64,000 nt of DNA from Eledone cirrhosa (lineage: Eukaryota). The stretch lies in NCBI GenBank assembly GCA_964016885.1, contig OZ024741.1:157976001-158040000 (forward strand), in the 5' to 3' direction. Shown piece by piece: positions 14,241 to 28,465 of the stretch. A program made the translations under genes and the position numbers. Under the pieces are notes generated by a model, which worked only from the letters and a program-made list of their open reading frames with translations, had not been told where the DNA came from and did not search any database. Position 1 is the stretch's first letter; every line of letters starts with the position of its first letter.

Positions 14241-15881
14241 CTACAAAGAAATAAACAATTTTAAATGTAGGAAGGAAAAAATAGAAAATATATTTGAAAT
14301 GTACGAGAGCTCACACATATGCAAATTTAGTTGGCCTCCTACAGATTTCTTGGGTGTTTTGATAAATCAGACTACAGACCTATCATATATATATATATAG
14401 ATAGATATATAATTATTTCTACTTTTGGCACAAGGCCAGCAATTATTCCAGTGTATTACTGGTGCTTTATTTTATCGATTTTGTATATATATTTATATAT
14501 ATATATATGTGTGTGCGTGTGTGTATAATGTTGTTATAACTCACATTTTAGCATGCAGGTTTAGCTGGCCTCTATGATTTGTATCTCATAGGAGGTTTTG
14601 GTGGTGTTTTAATGAGCTCTGGTCCTATTGGGTAAAGCAATTTGAAATGAAGTGAATTGCTTAAGAACACAGTGCCCTGCTTAGTCCAGAGATCAATCAC
14701 ACAACCTAGACCAGTGCCTTTCCCAACTAGAGAATACCATAATAAGATGATACCAAGGAAACTATGTTTCCATTAGCCATCCCATTGCTGATACTATCTA
14801 TTGATCACAACTCCTGAGAGAAGGGGGTAGAATTTGAAGTCAGAACACACAGAGCCAGATCAGATATCACACAGCATCTACTCTAACTTTTTAACAATTC
14901 TGACAATCCACCAACCCTGCTGGACTGGTCGTCCTTTTTATCAACCCCTGAAAGGAAGAAAGGTAAAATTGACTTTTACATGATTCGAACTCTAAGAGTA
15001 GGGAGCTGAAACAAATACTGAGGCATTTAATCTGATACTCCAATGACTCACAACCTAACATATATTCACTCACTCTACCTGATGCATTTTATCATGGCAC
15101 CAGCACTAAAAAAATCCTCCCGATCCTTTGTTTGACAGGTTTTCTATGGCTGGATGCCCTTCCTATCCCGATCAACTTTACAGAGTGTGGGCAGGTTTAT
15201 CTTGTAGGCCACCAACACTAGGAAGGTTTTCATGTCTTTGATACAGTTGATGAGTCCTTCCAACCCTTTGCCAGCAGGCTTTCTACATCTTGATACCCTT
15301 CTTAGCATCAACCACATCATACACTTTACATATATATACATATATACATGCCTTATTGATTGTTTTGACTCCTGCATTGTATACCCCTAACATTACCTGA
15401 TCTCCAATGCTAAGATATCTTATATCTTATGTCTATCCTATCTTTCATTTTTCCTTGCTTGTAACTTCTTTTGCCTGTACCTCTTCCACTTTCAACCAAT
15501 GCTCCTTGTAATTGTGTTCTCTCAAGCATAACATCTTTTTAACTCCTGATTCTATACATGATGCCTATGACACTAACAACACTTATGTATCTATCTAAAT
15601 GTTCTGAATCACTAGGATTTTAACCACCTGTCTAGACATTCCCTATGCTCCGATGATTCCAGACTTCCCTCTGGAAGAAACAATTGTCAGCAAATAAATG
15701 CATTAAAGTAAGATTTGATTGTTTTAACACTTTCTATCTTGGCTCTGTAAAACACTTGAAAATTTGCATTGAGCCTTTTGTCATACCGGTAACCGGCTTG
15801 TAATTAGTACTAATATTTATAATTTTATAATAAACATATATAAGTATAAATATTCTTATTACTATATACATATATATATAT

Positions 15882-18275
<2,394 letters not shown>

Positions 18276-18387
18276 AAGAGGGACATCCCCCAACTATATA
18301 AACATTAATCTAGCTAGAAAAATATAAAAACAATCTCTTCTCAACATATATTAATAACCTTAAATTACCACACTAATAATGGAAAGA

Positions 18388-18445
18388 TATGCTGATGAGA
18401 ATAGGTGCAAATATGCGATAAGGAATGTGTCTAAAAACGTCCATA
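18388..18445 (+). ncRNA. Variant/degenerate type I hammerhead motif
   Basis: tatg-CTGATGA...taggtgca/tgtgtcta (G-U-rich stem II)...AAAACGTC-cata. Stem I tatg/cata is perfect, but GAAA is replaced by AAAA. Confidence 0.5.
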
Positions 18446-18600
18446 AGTATGTATATATATGTGAAAATGTATATAAATAAGTAAATATATATATATGTTT
18501 GATGTGTATAGTTAGATGTAAGTGTATTCATGTATTAAAGTGCTTATATATATATGTATATGTATGTGTATATATATGTGTGTATGTGTGTATATATATA

Positions 18601-18663
<63 letters not shown>

Positions 18664-19233
18664 GTATATGTATGTATATATGTGTATATAGATGTGTATG
18701 TATGTGTATGTGTGTACACATGGACTAGAGTAAGTATGTATATATGTGTGTGTCTATACGTGTGTATATAAAGATAAGTTGAGTATGAAAATGTATACAC
18801 ATGAGCGCGTATGTATGTACATGAATACATGTGTGTATATATATGTGTATGCATGTGTATATATATGTAAGTATGAATATGTGAATTGTGAGTATATGTA
18901 TTTTGTAGAGGTGTGCAAATATATTTGTGTGTGAATGCGTGGGTGAAAGGATACGTACACTTGAAAGAAAAATTTAAGTCTGAATGTTAATTAAGTGCAA
19001 ACACAAAACCAACCACGCATATCTTTACTATCTCTAATCCTTCTATAGATTTAGAAAAATAACCAATAATATATTCTATAAAAAATGTCAAAACAACAGA
19101 TGGGAATCTAATTACTCACTGCCACCAAGAATTCTCACTGCTATCGAAAAACCACTCCTTCAACTATTCTTCTAACAACTTCACCCCTCCCTCCTAATAT
19201 TCTCTATAAAAACTAAATAGGTCCTCAGTAATA

Positions 19234-19353
19234 TTATTCTGATGAAATGACAGTAAATAATAACATTGAAATATTGAATGTCTGCATAACTAAAAGTTTG
19301 TAGATAGCAGCTGTTTTAGGTTATGTAACTGTTATAGAAACACGTGTCAATAA
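19234..19353 (+). ncRNA. Type I hammerhead ribozyme with expanded stem II
   Basis: ttatt-CTGATGA-[atgacagt...actgttat]-GAAA-cacgtg-TC-aataa. Stem I ttatt/aataa, palindromic minimal stem III, GUC cleavage triplet ending at 19348. Confidence 0.75.
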
Positions 19354-19500
19354 ATTCCTTTCAACTAAACTGTATCCATTCAAATCTTTCTATTTTTCTC
19401 CGGATTACTTTTGGAACTACAACTGGAACCGTCGAGCAAACTCTACGTGAGCTGATAATCTACTGTGTGTAATATTTATATTACAACACAACGGAAAATA

Positions 19501-19531
<31 letters not shown>

Positions 19532-19621
19532 CTCTTGCCTCAAGTGGGACTACCCCCGTCCAAACCCATGCAAGCGTGGAACACGGACGTTAAACGTTGA
19601 TGATGATGATGATGATGATGA

Positions 19622-19684
<63 letters not shown>

Positions 19685-20982
19685 TATATATATATATATA
19701 TTACATGTGTGTGTGTGTGTGTACCTGACAGCACCAGCATTACCACAACAACAACAACAAGATTAACAACAATAGGAATATGCTAACAATAGAACCTTTA
19801 TTCAGGCTGTAAGAAACAACAAAAGAAGAAAAAAAACCCAAAGAAATCACACAGAGACATCAGCTACATGAAATATGTACACCCCAATCATTTATTTTAT
19901 ATAATATATCATATATTCCTTCAGAATGCTGCATTGAACAATATCATGAGAAGGATCCATAACTTGCTCGGTTTCCTATCCCAATAAAAGCCTCCCCACC
20001 TTAATCATGGTAATGGCAAGTTCCCAAACAGGATGACCCTTTTCCTGTTTGAAGGGAATAGATCTCAAATTTGGAATGCAACATGCTGCAATATGTTCTC
20101 TGCCTCCAACCTTGTTGTTTCAGACACAAACCTTGGCACTCATCCTATAAAGCAAAGGAGTGAAAGATAGCCAAATACTGGGACTCAACTGACTATTTCC
20201 TTTTCATGCCAGTTGCTATCAATACCTCCAGTGTCTTCAGTCATCAATATGTCGTTTTTCTCTACAAAATTGGAAGGAGCACATCCCTTTTGAGGAAGGA
20301 GCCACATAAGGTAGTGTGGTTGATACAGTGGGTATTGCTGACTGTTCTCTGTGGCAATGCCTTTACCATTTCATCTGTGGGGCACAGCTGAGATATATCA
20401 CCCAGCCAGAGAAGTGTAGTCCCCTTAGATTAGATTGTTCAGTAGGATCTCTCAGTATGTAATAATAGAATGGGTGTTTAAAATACCAGAATACTTAAAA
20501 TATTCAAACATTAACTGATTGAGCACTCAGGAACCATAAAGAAAAATTGGCTAAGTCATTGTTTTTAAAGTTTTGACTTTGATTTTATCATCAAAGTTTG
20601 ACATCCAGATTTTAACTTTTTACAAGCCATCCAGTCATGTCTTTTCTTGTTTTGAAGTTTTTCTCCAAGTTAAAGATGAAAGAACCAAGATATCTATAGT
20701 CACTGACAAGTTTAAGTTCTTTATTATATCAAGTCTTAATTGTAGAGGATGGATCAATAGTTTGGCAAGAATTCATCTATTCAACTTTTGTCTCATTCTG
20801 ACAATTGGCAGCGATTTCAAGGGATGATAATATTGGATATTTGTTAGTGTATTACTTATCAAAATGATATCATCAACAAAATCAGTGTCTGTGAGATATT
20901 AAGCAGCAGGAGGACAAAGAGCTCCTTCTAGGTTGAATTTCTAGACCTCTCAGGTATCTTAAGTGCTTCTGCATGTGTGTGA

Positions 20983-21055
<73 letters not shown>

Positions 21056-21248
21056 TGTGTGTGTGTGTGAATGTGTGTGTGAATGTGTGTGTGTGTGTGA
21101 GTGTGTGTGTGTATGAGTGTGTGTGTGTCTGTGTTTATATATAAATAAAGGGATTGAACAGGAGGACAAAAAGCTCCTTCTAGGTTGAATTTCTAGACCT
21201 CTCAGGTATCTTAAGTGCTTTGGCTTGAGTGTGAATGTGTGTGTGTTT

Positions 21249-21785
21249 ATCTCCTTATAATATATAACCAGCAATTTCTCTGTCTGTCTGTCCGACAGTG
21301 GAAACACGTGTGCGCGTGCGAATGTTTTTTGCGCACACGTAGAGAGAGAGTGAGAGTGAAAGAAAGAGACAGACTATGAGAGGGGGATAGCGGGAGGGAG
21401 AGAGGGAGAGAGAGAGAGTGAATAGACGCTAAAACACGTGTGCGCGTGCGAATGTTTTTTGCGCACGCGTAGAGAGAGAGTGAGAGTGAAAGAAAGAGAC
21501 AGACTATGAGAGGGGGGTAGCGGGAGGGAGAGAGGGAGAGAGAGAGAGTGAATAGTCGCTAAAACACGTGCGCGCGTGCGAATGTTTTTTGCGCACGCGT
21601 AGAGAGAGAGTGAGAGTGAAAGAAAGAGACAGACTACAAGAGGGGGATAGCGGGAGAGAGAGAGGGGGGAATTGAGGAGTGTTACAGAAACATATATACA
21701 TTTTTGTGTGTGTGTAATATATATATATACACACAGAAATATATATATATACACACAGAAATATATATACATTTCTGTGTGTGTA

Positions 21786-21820
<35 letters not shown>

Positions 21821-21899
21821 GAAATATATATACATTTCTGTGTGTGTAATATATATATATACTAGCAGAAAACCACCCGATGGGCGGTTTTCTGCTAGT
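21249..21899 (+). mobile_element. Helitron-like non-autonomous element with internal 3x ~120-bp tandem repeat
   Basis: 5' TC..ttataatatataa + (gtct)n, three CpG-rich ~120-bp units (21303-21660), and a 3' hairpin actagcagaaaacc/ggttttctgctagt ending CTAGT. Confidence 0.55.
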
Positions 21900-22356
21900 C
21901 TATATATATAAAACTGAGGATGTCTGTCTGTGTGTGTGTGTCTGTGAGTTTGAATCCCTAAAACTCAAAAAGTACCCAACCGACTTTTTTCAAACTTTAC
22001 ATGTGTATTACTTATGTTTCATGGAGTGTTATGCACACAAAAAAATCCAACTTTTTGATCCCCTAGCATTAGGTGAAAAACTGCGTTTTTCAGATTTTTA
22101 GGGTTTTTTTGAGGTGTTATGTCAGACCGATTTCCTTGAAATTGTAACTATGTATTAGTCAGTCTCTTCTTCATACCGTGAGCAAAGAAAATCCAACTTT
22201 TTTATGGCCTAATCCTAAAGATTATCCAACCATCAGAGTATTCGGTTTATTTTCTTTACATATTGTCCAGGCATGCAGTTTTTCCACGATTAGGTCTGTT
22301 GGCGGCCCGCGTTCCAAAATACCTTATTCCGTGCAACGCCGGGTACCACTGCTAGT
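21899..22356 (+). mobile_element. Helitron-like non-autonomous element
   Basis: 5' TCtatatatataaaac + gtctgtctgtgtg. 3' ccgtgcaacgccggg hairpin then CTAG|T. Confidence 0.68.
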
Positions 22357-22411
22357 ATATAAATAAAGGGATTGAAGTCTGGGTAATTTATAATCAATAC
22401 AAATATTTTAC

Positions 22412-22547
22412 CTGTGTGGCTGTTTCTGTCAGTATTAAGTGGCATAGCTTTCTCATCTCCATCTTTCTTTTTCCTCATGTTCAAGGGGTTGCTTGAACAC
22501 ACCATCGCTACCACCAAGATTATCGCCAGAGTTGCTACGAGTTTCAT
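22412..22547 (-). CDS. Secreted acidic prohormone (prohormone-2/NVP-like, granin-like), coding exon 1: signal peptide
   Basis: MKLVATLAIILVVAMVCSS is a classic signal peptide. Upstream pyrimidine-rich acceptor (ctcttcctctcctatccAG, 22600-22601) gives exon start 22599. Donor CAG|GTAAAA after 22412, phase 1. Confidence 0.85.
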
Positions 22548-22909
22548 CTTTGGTTGTTAGAATTTAAATGTAATTACAGTGTAAACGTTGTGTCTATGCC
22601 TGGATAGGAGAGGAAGAGAAAAACAGAGAGACATGAAAACATCATTTAAGATGTGGATACTCAGAGTTTCTGGCTTGCATTCATTGAGGCACCTGAAAAA
22701 ATGTAAACAAGTGGCTCATTCACACACACATATACATATATATGCACATATATGCATACATACACACTCACATAATGTGTGTGTGTATGTGTGTGCGCGT
22801 GTGTATGTGTGAAGAAGCCTCTTATATTCAAAGATAAAGTTGGTGCCAACATAATTTTATATAACAACCATATGTTAATTTACTATCTTAGTAATGAAAT
22901 AATTAGGAG

Positions 22910-23210
22910 GAGATGCTCCATCGTTTACGACAATGAGTGTTCCAATTGATCCAATCAACTGAACAGCCTGCTCATGAAATTAATGTGCAAGTGGCTGAGC
23001 ATTCCCTTAATGTAGTTCTCTGGGAGATTCAGCATGATAAGACTAGCCCTTCGAATTACAGGTACAACTCATTTTTGCCAGCTGAGTGGACTGAAACAAT
23101 ATGAAATAAAGTGTCTTGCTCAAGGACACAATGCACCGCTGTGAATCGAACTCACGGCCTTACGGTTGTGAGCTGAATACCTTTACCACAAAGCTATGTG
23201 CCTTCACAAT
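22910..23210 (-). mobile_element. tRNA-derived SINE
   Basis: Minus-strand head ggcacatagctttgtggtaaagg...gtgagttcgattc and core ccttgagcaagacactttatttc. Confidence 0.7.
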
Positions 23211-23555
23211 GAAATAATTAATAATTTAAATAAATCCCTAAAAATTCTTCATTAACTGAAATAGGGTGTATGCCATCAGAAATATACCAAAGAAAAATTT
23301 GAAGATAGACAGGTTAGAAAACACAAATATCAATGAAGAGTTTATAAAGACAGATGAATTGATAGTAAAATCAATGAGAAGCTGATCACCAATACTCCAT
23401 TTCCAATCAACTGACCTGTATTCAGTTGATAGAAATGGACTATTGATTTTTAAATAAAAAGAAAACCATTGTTTCCTCTCTCCATTTGCGTTTTTAGATT
23501 GGAAGAAGTACATCACTTTAAGGAAACTTTTGCCAAAAATTTAGAAAAATAATGG

Positions 23556-23900
23556 AGGCGCATGGCTTAGTGGTTAGAGCATTGGCCTTGCAATCGAAAG
23601 GTTGTGAGTTCAATTCTCAGACCAGCTGATGCGTTGTTTCCTTGAGCAAGACACTTTATTTCACATTGCTCCAGTTTACTCAACTGTAGAAATGAGATGA
23701 TAGGACTGGGGTCCCTATCATTCCACTGTAAAGTGGATGTGTAGGCGCCACGGCAAAAAAGCACCCAGCACTCACTGTAAATGAGGTTGGTGTTAGGAAG
23801 GGCATCCAGCTGTAGAAATAAAGCCAAAATCAGTTCCCATCCCACCCTTGCAAGCAGGGAAAAGCAGACGTAAAATGATGATGATGATGATGATGATGAA
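23556..23900 (+). mobile_element. Full-length tRNA-derived SINE with RTE-type tail
   Basis: ggcgcatggcttagtggttagagc...gagttcaattctc...gcaagcagggaaaagcagacgtaaaa(tga)n. Confidence 0.88.
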
Positions 23901-24034
23901 GGGTATATTACACATACACACACACAAACACATATATACATGCATACACACACACACACATATACATACATATATACATATATATATATATGTGTGTGTA
24001 TATATATATGTATATATATATATGTGTGTGTGTG

Positions 24035-24120
<86 letters not shown>

Positions 24121-24239
24121 CGTATACACATATACATACTCACATGCGCACAGACATACAGATATAAATGTATATAACTTCTAAATGATATCTTTAAGAT
24201 AAGCTTGTATGTATGTATTCATATGTATGCATTTATGTA

Positions 24240-25070
24240 TGCACTGGGACAGCAAGCACCAAACAGCCACAGGAAACAAGTACCACCAAACTCTGGGAGG
24301 GCTCTGTAGAAACAGTAGACAGCTTCTGCTACCTAGGTGACCAAATTAGCAGTGGGTGTTCGGAAAGTACAATAACTAGGGTAAGAACAGGATGGAAGAA
24401 GTTCAGGGAGCTACTGCCACTGCTAGCTGCAAAAGGCGTTTCCCTCAAAGACTGTATGATGTGTGTATACGAACAGCAGTGTTACATGGTAGTAAGACCT
24501 GGGCACTGTCTGTAGAAGACTTCAATAGATTAGAAAGAAACGAAGCTTGCATGCTCCGATGGATGTGTAATAGTAATATACGCGAACGGCAAAGCATAAA
24601 CGAATTGAGAGAGAGACTGAGCATAAGAGGAATCAAATGCTGTGTGCAGGAGAGGCGGTTGCGTTGGTATGGACATGTGATGCGTATGAAGGATGACAGC
24701 TGCATAAAAAGGTGCAGAGCAGTAGAAGTCGATGGAAGCTGTGGAGTGGGGAGACCCAAGAAGACCTGGGATGAGGTGATAAAAGCCAACCTTACTCAAT
24801 TACACCTCTCAAAGGACACAGGACCGTGACCTCTGGCGTCATGCAGTAATACAGAAGACCCAACCCCCCACGGGTACAAGCCAAAGCTGAAGCATATAGA
24901 CAATATGCACCTACCCCCTCCCTCTGCAAAGTGGTCATGGAGGTGCCACGGCAAAAAAGCACCCAGCCCACACTGTAAAGTGGTCATGTAGGCGCCACGG
25001 AAAAATCACCCAGCACTCACTGTAAATAAGGTTGGTGTTAAGAATGGATGTTAAACGGTGATGATGATGA
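24240..25070 (+). mobile_element. RTE LINE 3' fragment
   Basis: [33 protein letters not shown]. Near-identical to 54761-55959. Confidence 0.9.
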
Positions 25071-25084
25071 TATATATATATAAC

Positions 25085-25222
25085 AAAGAAAGTGTGATAA
25101 GGATCCAGATGGACCATAACGCACCAGAGTATTCAATATTTAGGGTAGTAGAGTGGGTAATAGGAAAAGAGTCAGGACCCTGATGGCTGAGCTCCAGCCG
25201 TTTCAACGGCTGGATCCGAACT
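25085..25222 (-). mobile_element. Short dispersed element ('ctaccctaagtattgagtactctggtgcg' family)
   Basis: Shared with 49867-50060, 57482-57552 and 58470-58662; 26803-26853 shares the hairpin end only. Abuts (TA)n or (TG)n microsatellite. Confidence 0.7.
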
Positions 25223-25234
25223 ATATATATCATT

Positions 25235-25606
25235 TCTGAATTTGTTTAGCAAGATTTTTTATCTGAAAACGTGTGTTGAAACCGATATTGTTATACTTTG
25301 GGAGGGTCATGTTGCCAATAAGAAACACACACACCAGTTGCTTTCACTCCAATTTATTATAAATTAAATTATAAATTTAAAAAACAAGATGGCGTAGGAC
25401 AGAACAAAAGAGTGGCACAAAACAAAGAAAAGAATCCCCAGTCACTGAAGAGGTCACAGAATGTGTGACGAAAGAACTTTGACAATATATGAACAACCGT
25501 CCGGTTGTGGAACCAACCAACCAACCGGAAATTTATAAATTTTTTAAAATTTATAATTTAATTTATAATAAATTGGAGTGAAAGCAACTGGTGCAAGTGT
25601 TTCTTG
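25235..25606 (+). mobile_element. PLE terminal repeat with HHR and inverted duplication
   Basis: Inverted arms ~25320-25385 / ~25520-25605 surround the HHR at 25441. Confidence 0.65.
25441..25483 (+). ncRNA. Minimal type I hammerhead ribozyme (PLE-type)
   Basis: gtca-CTGAAGA-g-gtcac-agaatgt-gtgac-GAAA-gaac-TT-tgac. Stems I and II are perfectly paired. Confidence 0.72.
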
Positions 25607-25656
25607 GGAGAGGAAATGGTATATATTTTATCTGGTGATTCTATAGACATGTTTTA

Positions 25657-25728
<72 letters not shown>

Positions 25729-26747
25729 ATTGATAGATACATACATACATACTCATACACTCTCCCATAGATACATACACATCTATACAATATGCAGCAG
25801 ATGTTTTCTAATTTCCTTGTCCAATTTTGAAATAATCATTGATGTTTTCTTTCATAAAGATGACTAGTTATTTCATTTTTTTTACTCTTTCAAATATTTT
25901 CTTTTGTTTTTTCTATATATTTTTTATTCTATCTTTATATTTTTTATTTATATATTTTTTTATTTATATATATTTTTCTTTATATTATTATTCTTTCTAC
26001 TTATTTTTCATTCTTTCAATATATTTGTTATTCTTCAATTTATTTATTCCTTACATAATTTTTATTCTATGTTCCATCCTGCTTCTATTCTTCCTTGTTC
26101 TATATTCCATCCTATTCCATTGTACTGCTATTTGGCTATTCTACCCTGCTCTGTATTTTCTGAATTTTATTCCTCTTCTTTCTAAAATACATTTTCTTTT
26201 TTTTTTACTTTTCTTCCTTCTCTTCGCTTCCTTTCTTCCTTTCTTTGAGTCTTCATTTCTTTCTTTCCTGACTTTTATTCATTCATTCATTCATTCTTTA
26301 TTTATTTATTTCATTCTTTCTTTCCTTTCTTTTTGTCTTTGATTCCTTTCTTTCAACACTTCTTTCTTTCCTTCAATCTTTTTTCCTTTCCTTTTTTTTC
26401 CCTTTATCACTTCATTTCTTTCTTTTATTTTTTCTTTCTTTCTGGCATGTGTTGGACAGGTCATCATGGTCTTTGACCAGATGATTTGGGGAACCACATC
26501 TTGCTCATAGATTCCATAATTTGGTAAGGTTTCTATGACTGGCTGCCCTTCATAGCACCAACCCCTCATTTTATAGGGTCACCAGCACAAGAGGTTGTCA
26601 TGTGCTTGGCCAGACTGAGGTCTCCTCCCTCTACCCTCTCTCTCTCTATATATATATATATAAACGTTTCAGTTTGGTACATAGTGTTTGCAGAAATAAA
26701 TAATTAAGGAAATTCAACCTATTTGGCCTCCTATCATTTTACTTTAT

Positions 26748-26802
<55 letters not shown>

Positions 26803-27050
26803 GATTCGGGACCCTGATGGTTGAGCTCCTGCCATTTCAACAGCTAGATCCAAACTCTTTTTTTTACTGCATCCATTCTCATTTATATCATCATCATCGA
26901 TTAACATCTATCTTCTATGCTAGCATGGGTTAGATGGGTTTCTCCCATTTAGAGGCAACTTGGGTTGGGCGACCGTGTTTCATATAGAAGTGCTTCTGGC
27001 TGGTTTTCTGTGGCTGGATGCCCTTTCTAATGCCAACCACATATATAAAG

Positions 27051-27180
27051 GCTTCCCAGCCTTTTGGCTAAGATTAAAGTGTAGTATCTCTTTTAATCAA
27101 CTTAATATCTGATATGTTCTTAATATAGGAATTCTGTGTTAAACAGATTTTTTGTTTAATGGCAAAAATGCTGGAGCTTC
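27051..27180 (+). pseudogene. U2: U2 snRNA pseudogene/fragment
   Basis: gcttcccagccttttggctaagattaaagtgtagtatctcttttaatcaacttaatatctgata matches the U2 5' domain including branch-point recognition GTGTAGTA, with several substitutions. Sm-like atttttt downstream. Confidence 0.85.
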
Positions 27181-27877
27181 CTTTTATCTTTTTTTTATCT
27201 CCTAAGGTTATTATTGCTGAGTCAGCAGTATGCCTGAAAATCTACTCTCTAGCAAAATGCCCCAAACCGCTTATGTCTCATATAGTCTCTGACAACAAAA
27301 GCCCAGCTCCTGGCTTTCCTGTGGTGGAGATGTTTGGAACTGAGAAGGAGAAGTGACAAAAATGTGGCACTGGCTAATAAGTTTTGGGGTAGACAGAACT
27401 TATTAGCCTTGGGTGGCAGTCAGTCTAAGAGAAGGGTCACTCAATTAAAAACCAGAGTAGATGGCACTACTTAGTCATAATTATGGTTGGTGTCAAGGTA
27501 TGAAGTATATCAACTGGGATTCATGGCATTCTTCTAAGAAACTCTGAAGTAAAACCTGCTGTTTACATGATTATTGATAATCTTTCTTATGCTTGTCATC
27601 AGATAATAATCACTGAAACTTATAGAATGGCACTCATGTTGTACAAGCATTGGTCCCTATAAACCATAATGTATAGATTCTCATCTGTCATGCTATCTTT
27701 ACAGCCAATACAAACCAGGACTCTGAATTCTAGGCACTATGTAGACCTTGCATTTTTTTTGCTGAATTGAAAAGTAACCTCCTTGCACATGGAATGAATG
27801 AGGTGATGTTGAGATGGCTATCATCTAACAAGATGAAGCAATCATAATACATATATATTATGTTACCTAATGGTAAT

Positions 27878-28066
27878 TGGGCGGTGAATTGGCAGTATCG
27901 GTAGAGGGTCGGACGCCTTGCTTTGACGCATAAAGTTATGGCCCTTGCCATTCTGAGTTCAAATCCCGCCGAGGTTAACTTTGCCTTTCATCCTTACGGG
28001 TCGATAAAATAAAGTACCAGTAATGTACTGGGTAATTGCTGGCCTTGTGCCAATAGTAGAAACAAT
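27878..28066 (+). mobile_element. Full-length tRNA-derived SINE (Deu/Nin-like core) with TSD
   Basis: ggcggtgaattggcag...gagttcaaatcccgccgagg. TSD attatgttaccta(a/g)tggt at 27857-27874 and 28065-28082. Many related copies (e.g. ~6920-7135, 7210-7360, 42635-43260, 56697-56815, 58695-58875). Confidence 0.85.
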
Positions 28067-28079
28067 TATGTTACCTAGT

Positions 28080-28465
28080 GGTCCTTCAGAAAATTAACTG
28101 TAGAAGAATGGCTTGTGAGAGCACTGCAAGCTATGTACAGAGGGTCTGTTAGTAAAGTGAGTGTAAGAAGTAAGTTTAATTAGCAATTCAAGGTACAGAT
28201 AGGAGTTCATTAGGATTTGGTTCTTAGCCCACTGCTGTTCATCATAGTCCTCCAGGCCATAACAGAGGAGTTTAAGACTGGCTGTCCATGGAAACTTCTC
28301 TAGGCAGAATGATCTGAGCGGAGATGGTGAGAGCTGATCTCAAATTGCTGAGACTTACAGAGATGACAATGGAATGTGACAAGTGGAGAGATGCTGTAAT
28401 GAAAAGGACCCATCCAAACTATGTGAGCATGGAAAAATGAACATAAAAACAATAATGATGATGGT
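28080..28465 (+). mobile_element. Internally deleted RTE LINE remnant
   Basis: EEWLVRALQAMY...ITEEFKTGCPW joined directly to the 3' end. Confidence 0.7.

Noticed and set aside
13655-14254. Ser/Leu-rich 199-aa plus-strand ORF
   Set aside because: Antisense shadow of the acidic prohormone exon 2.
23556-23630. tRNA gene-like A/B boxes
   Set aside because: SINE head that continues into the SINE core and tail. No complete cloverleaf.
25839-26342. Hydrophobic F/L/I-rich ORF resembling a membrane or mitochondrial protein (also 6396-6806)
   Set aside because: Low-complexity T-rich or A-rich DNA with no recognisable motif.
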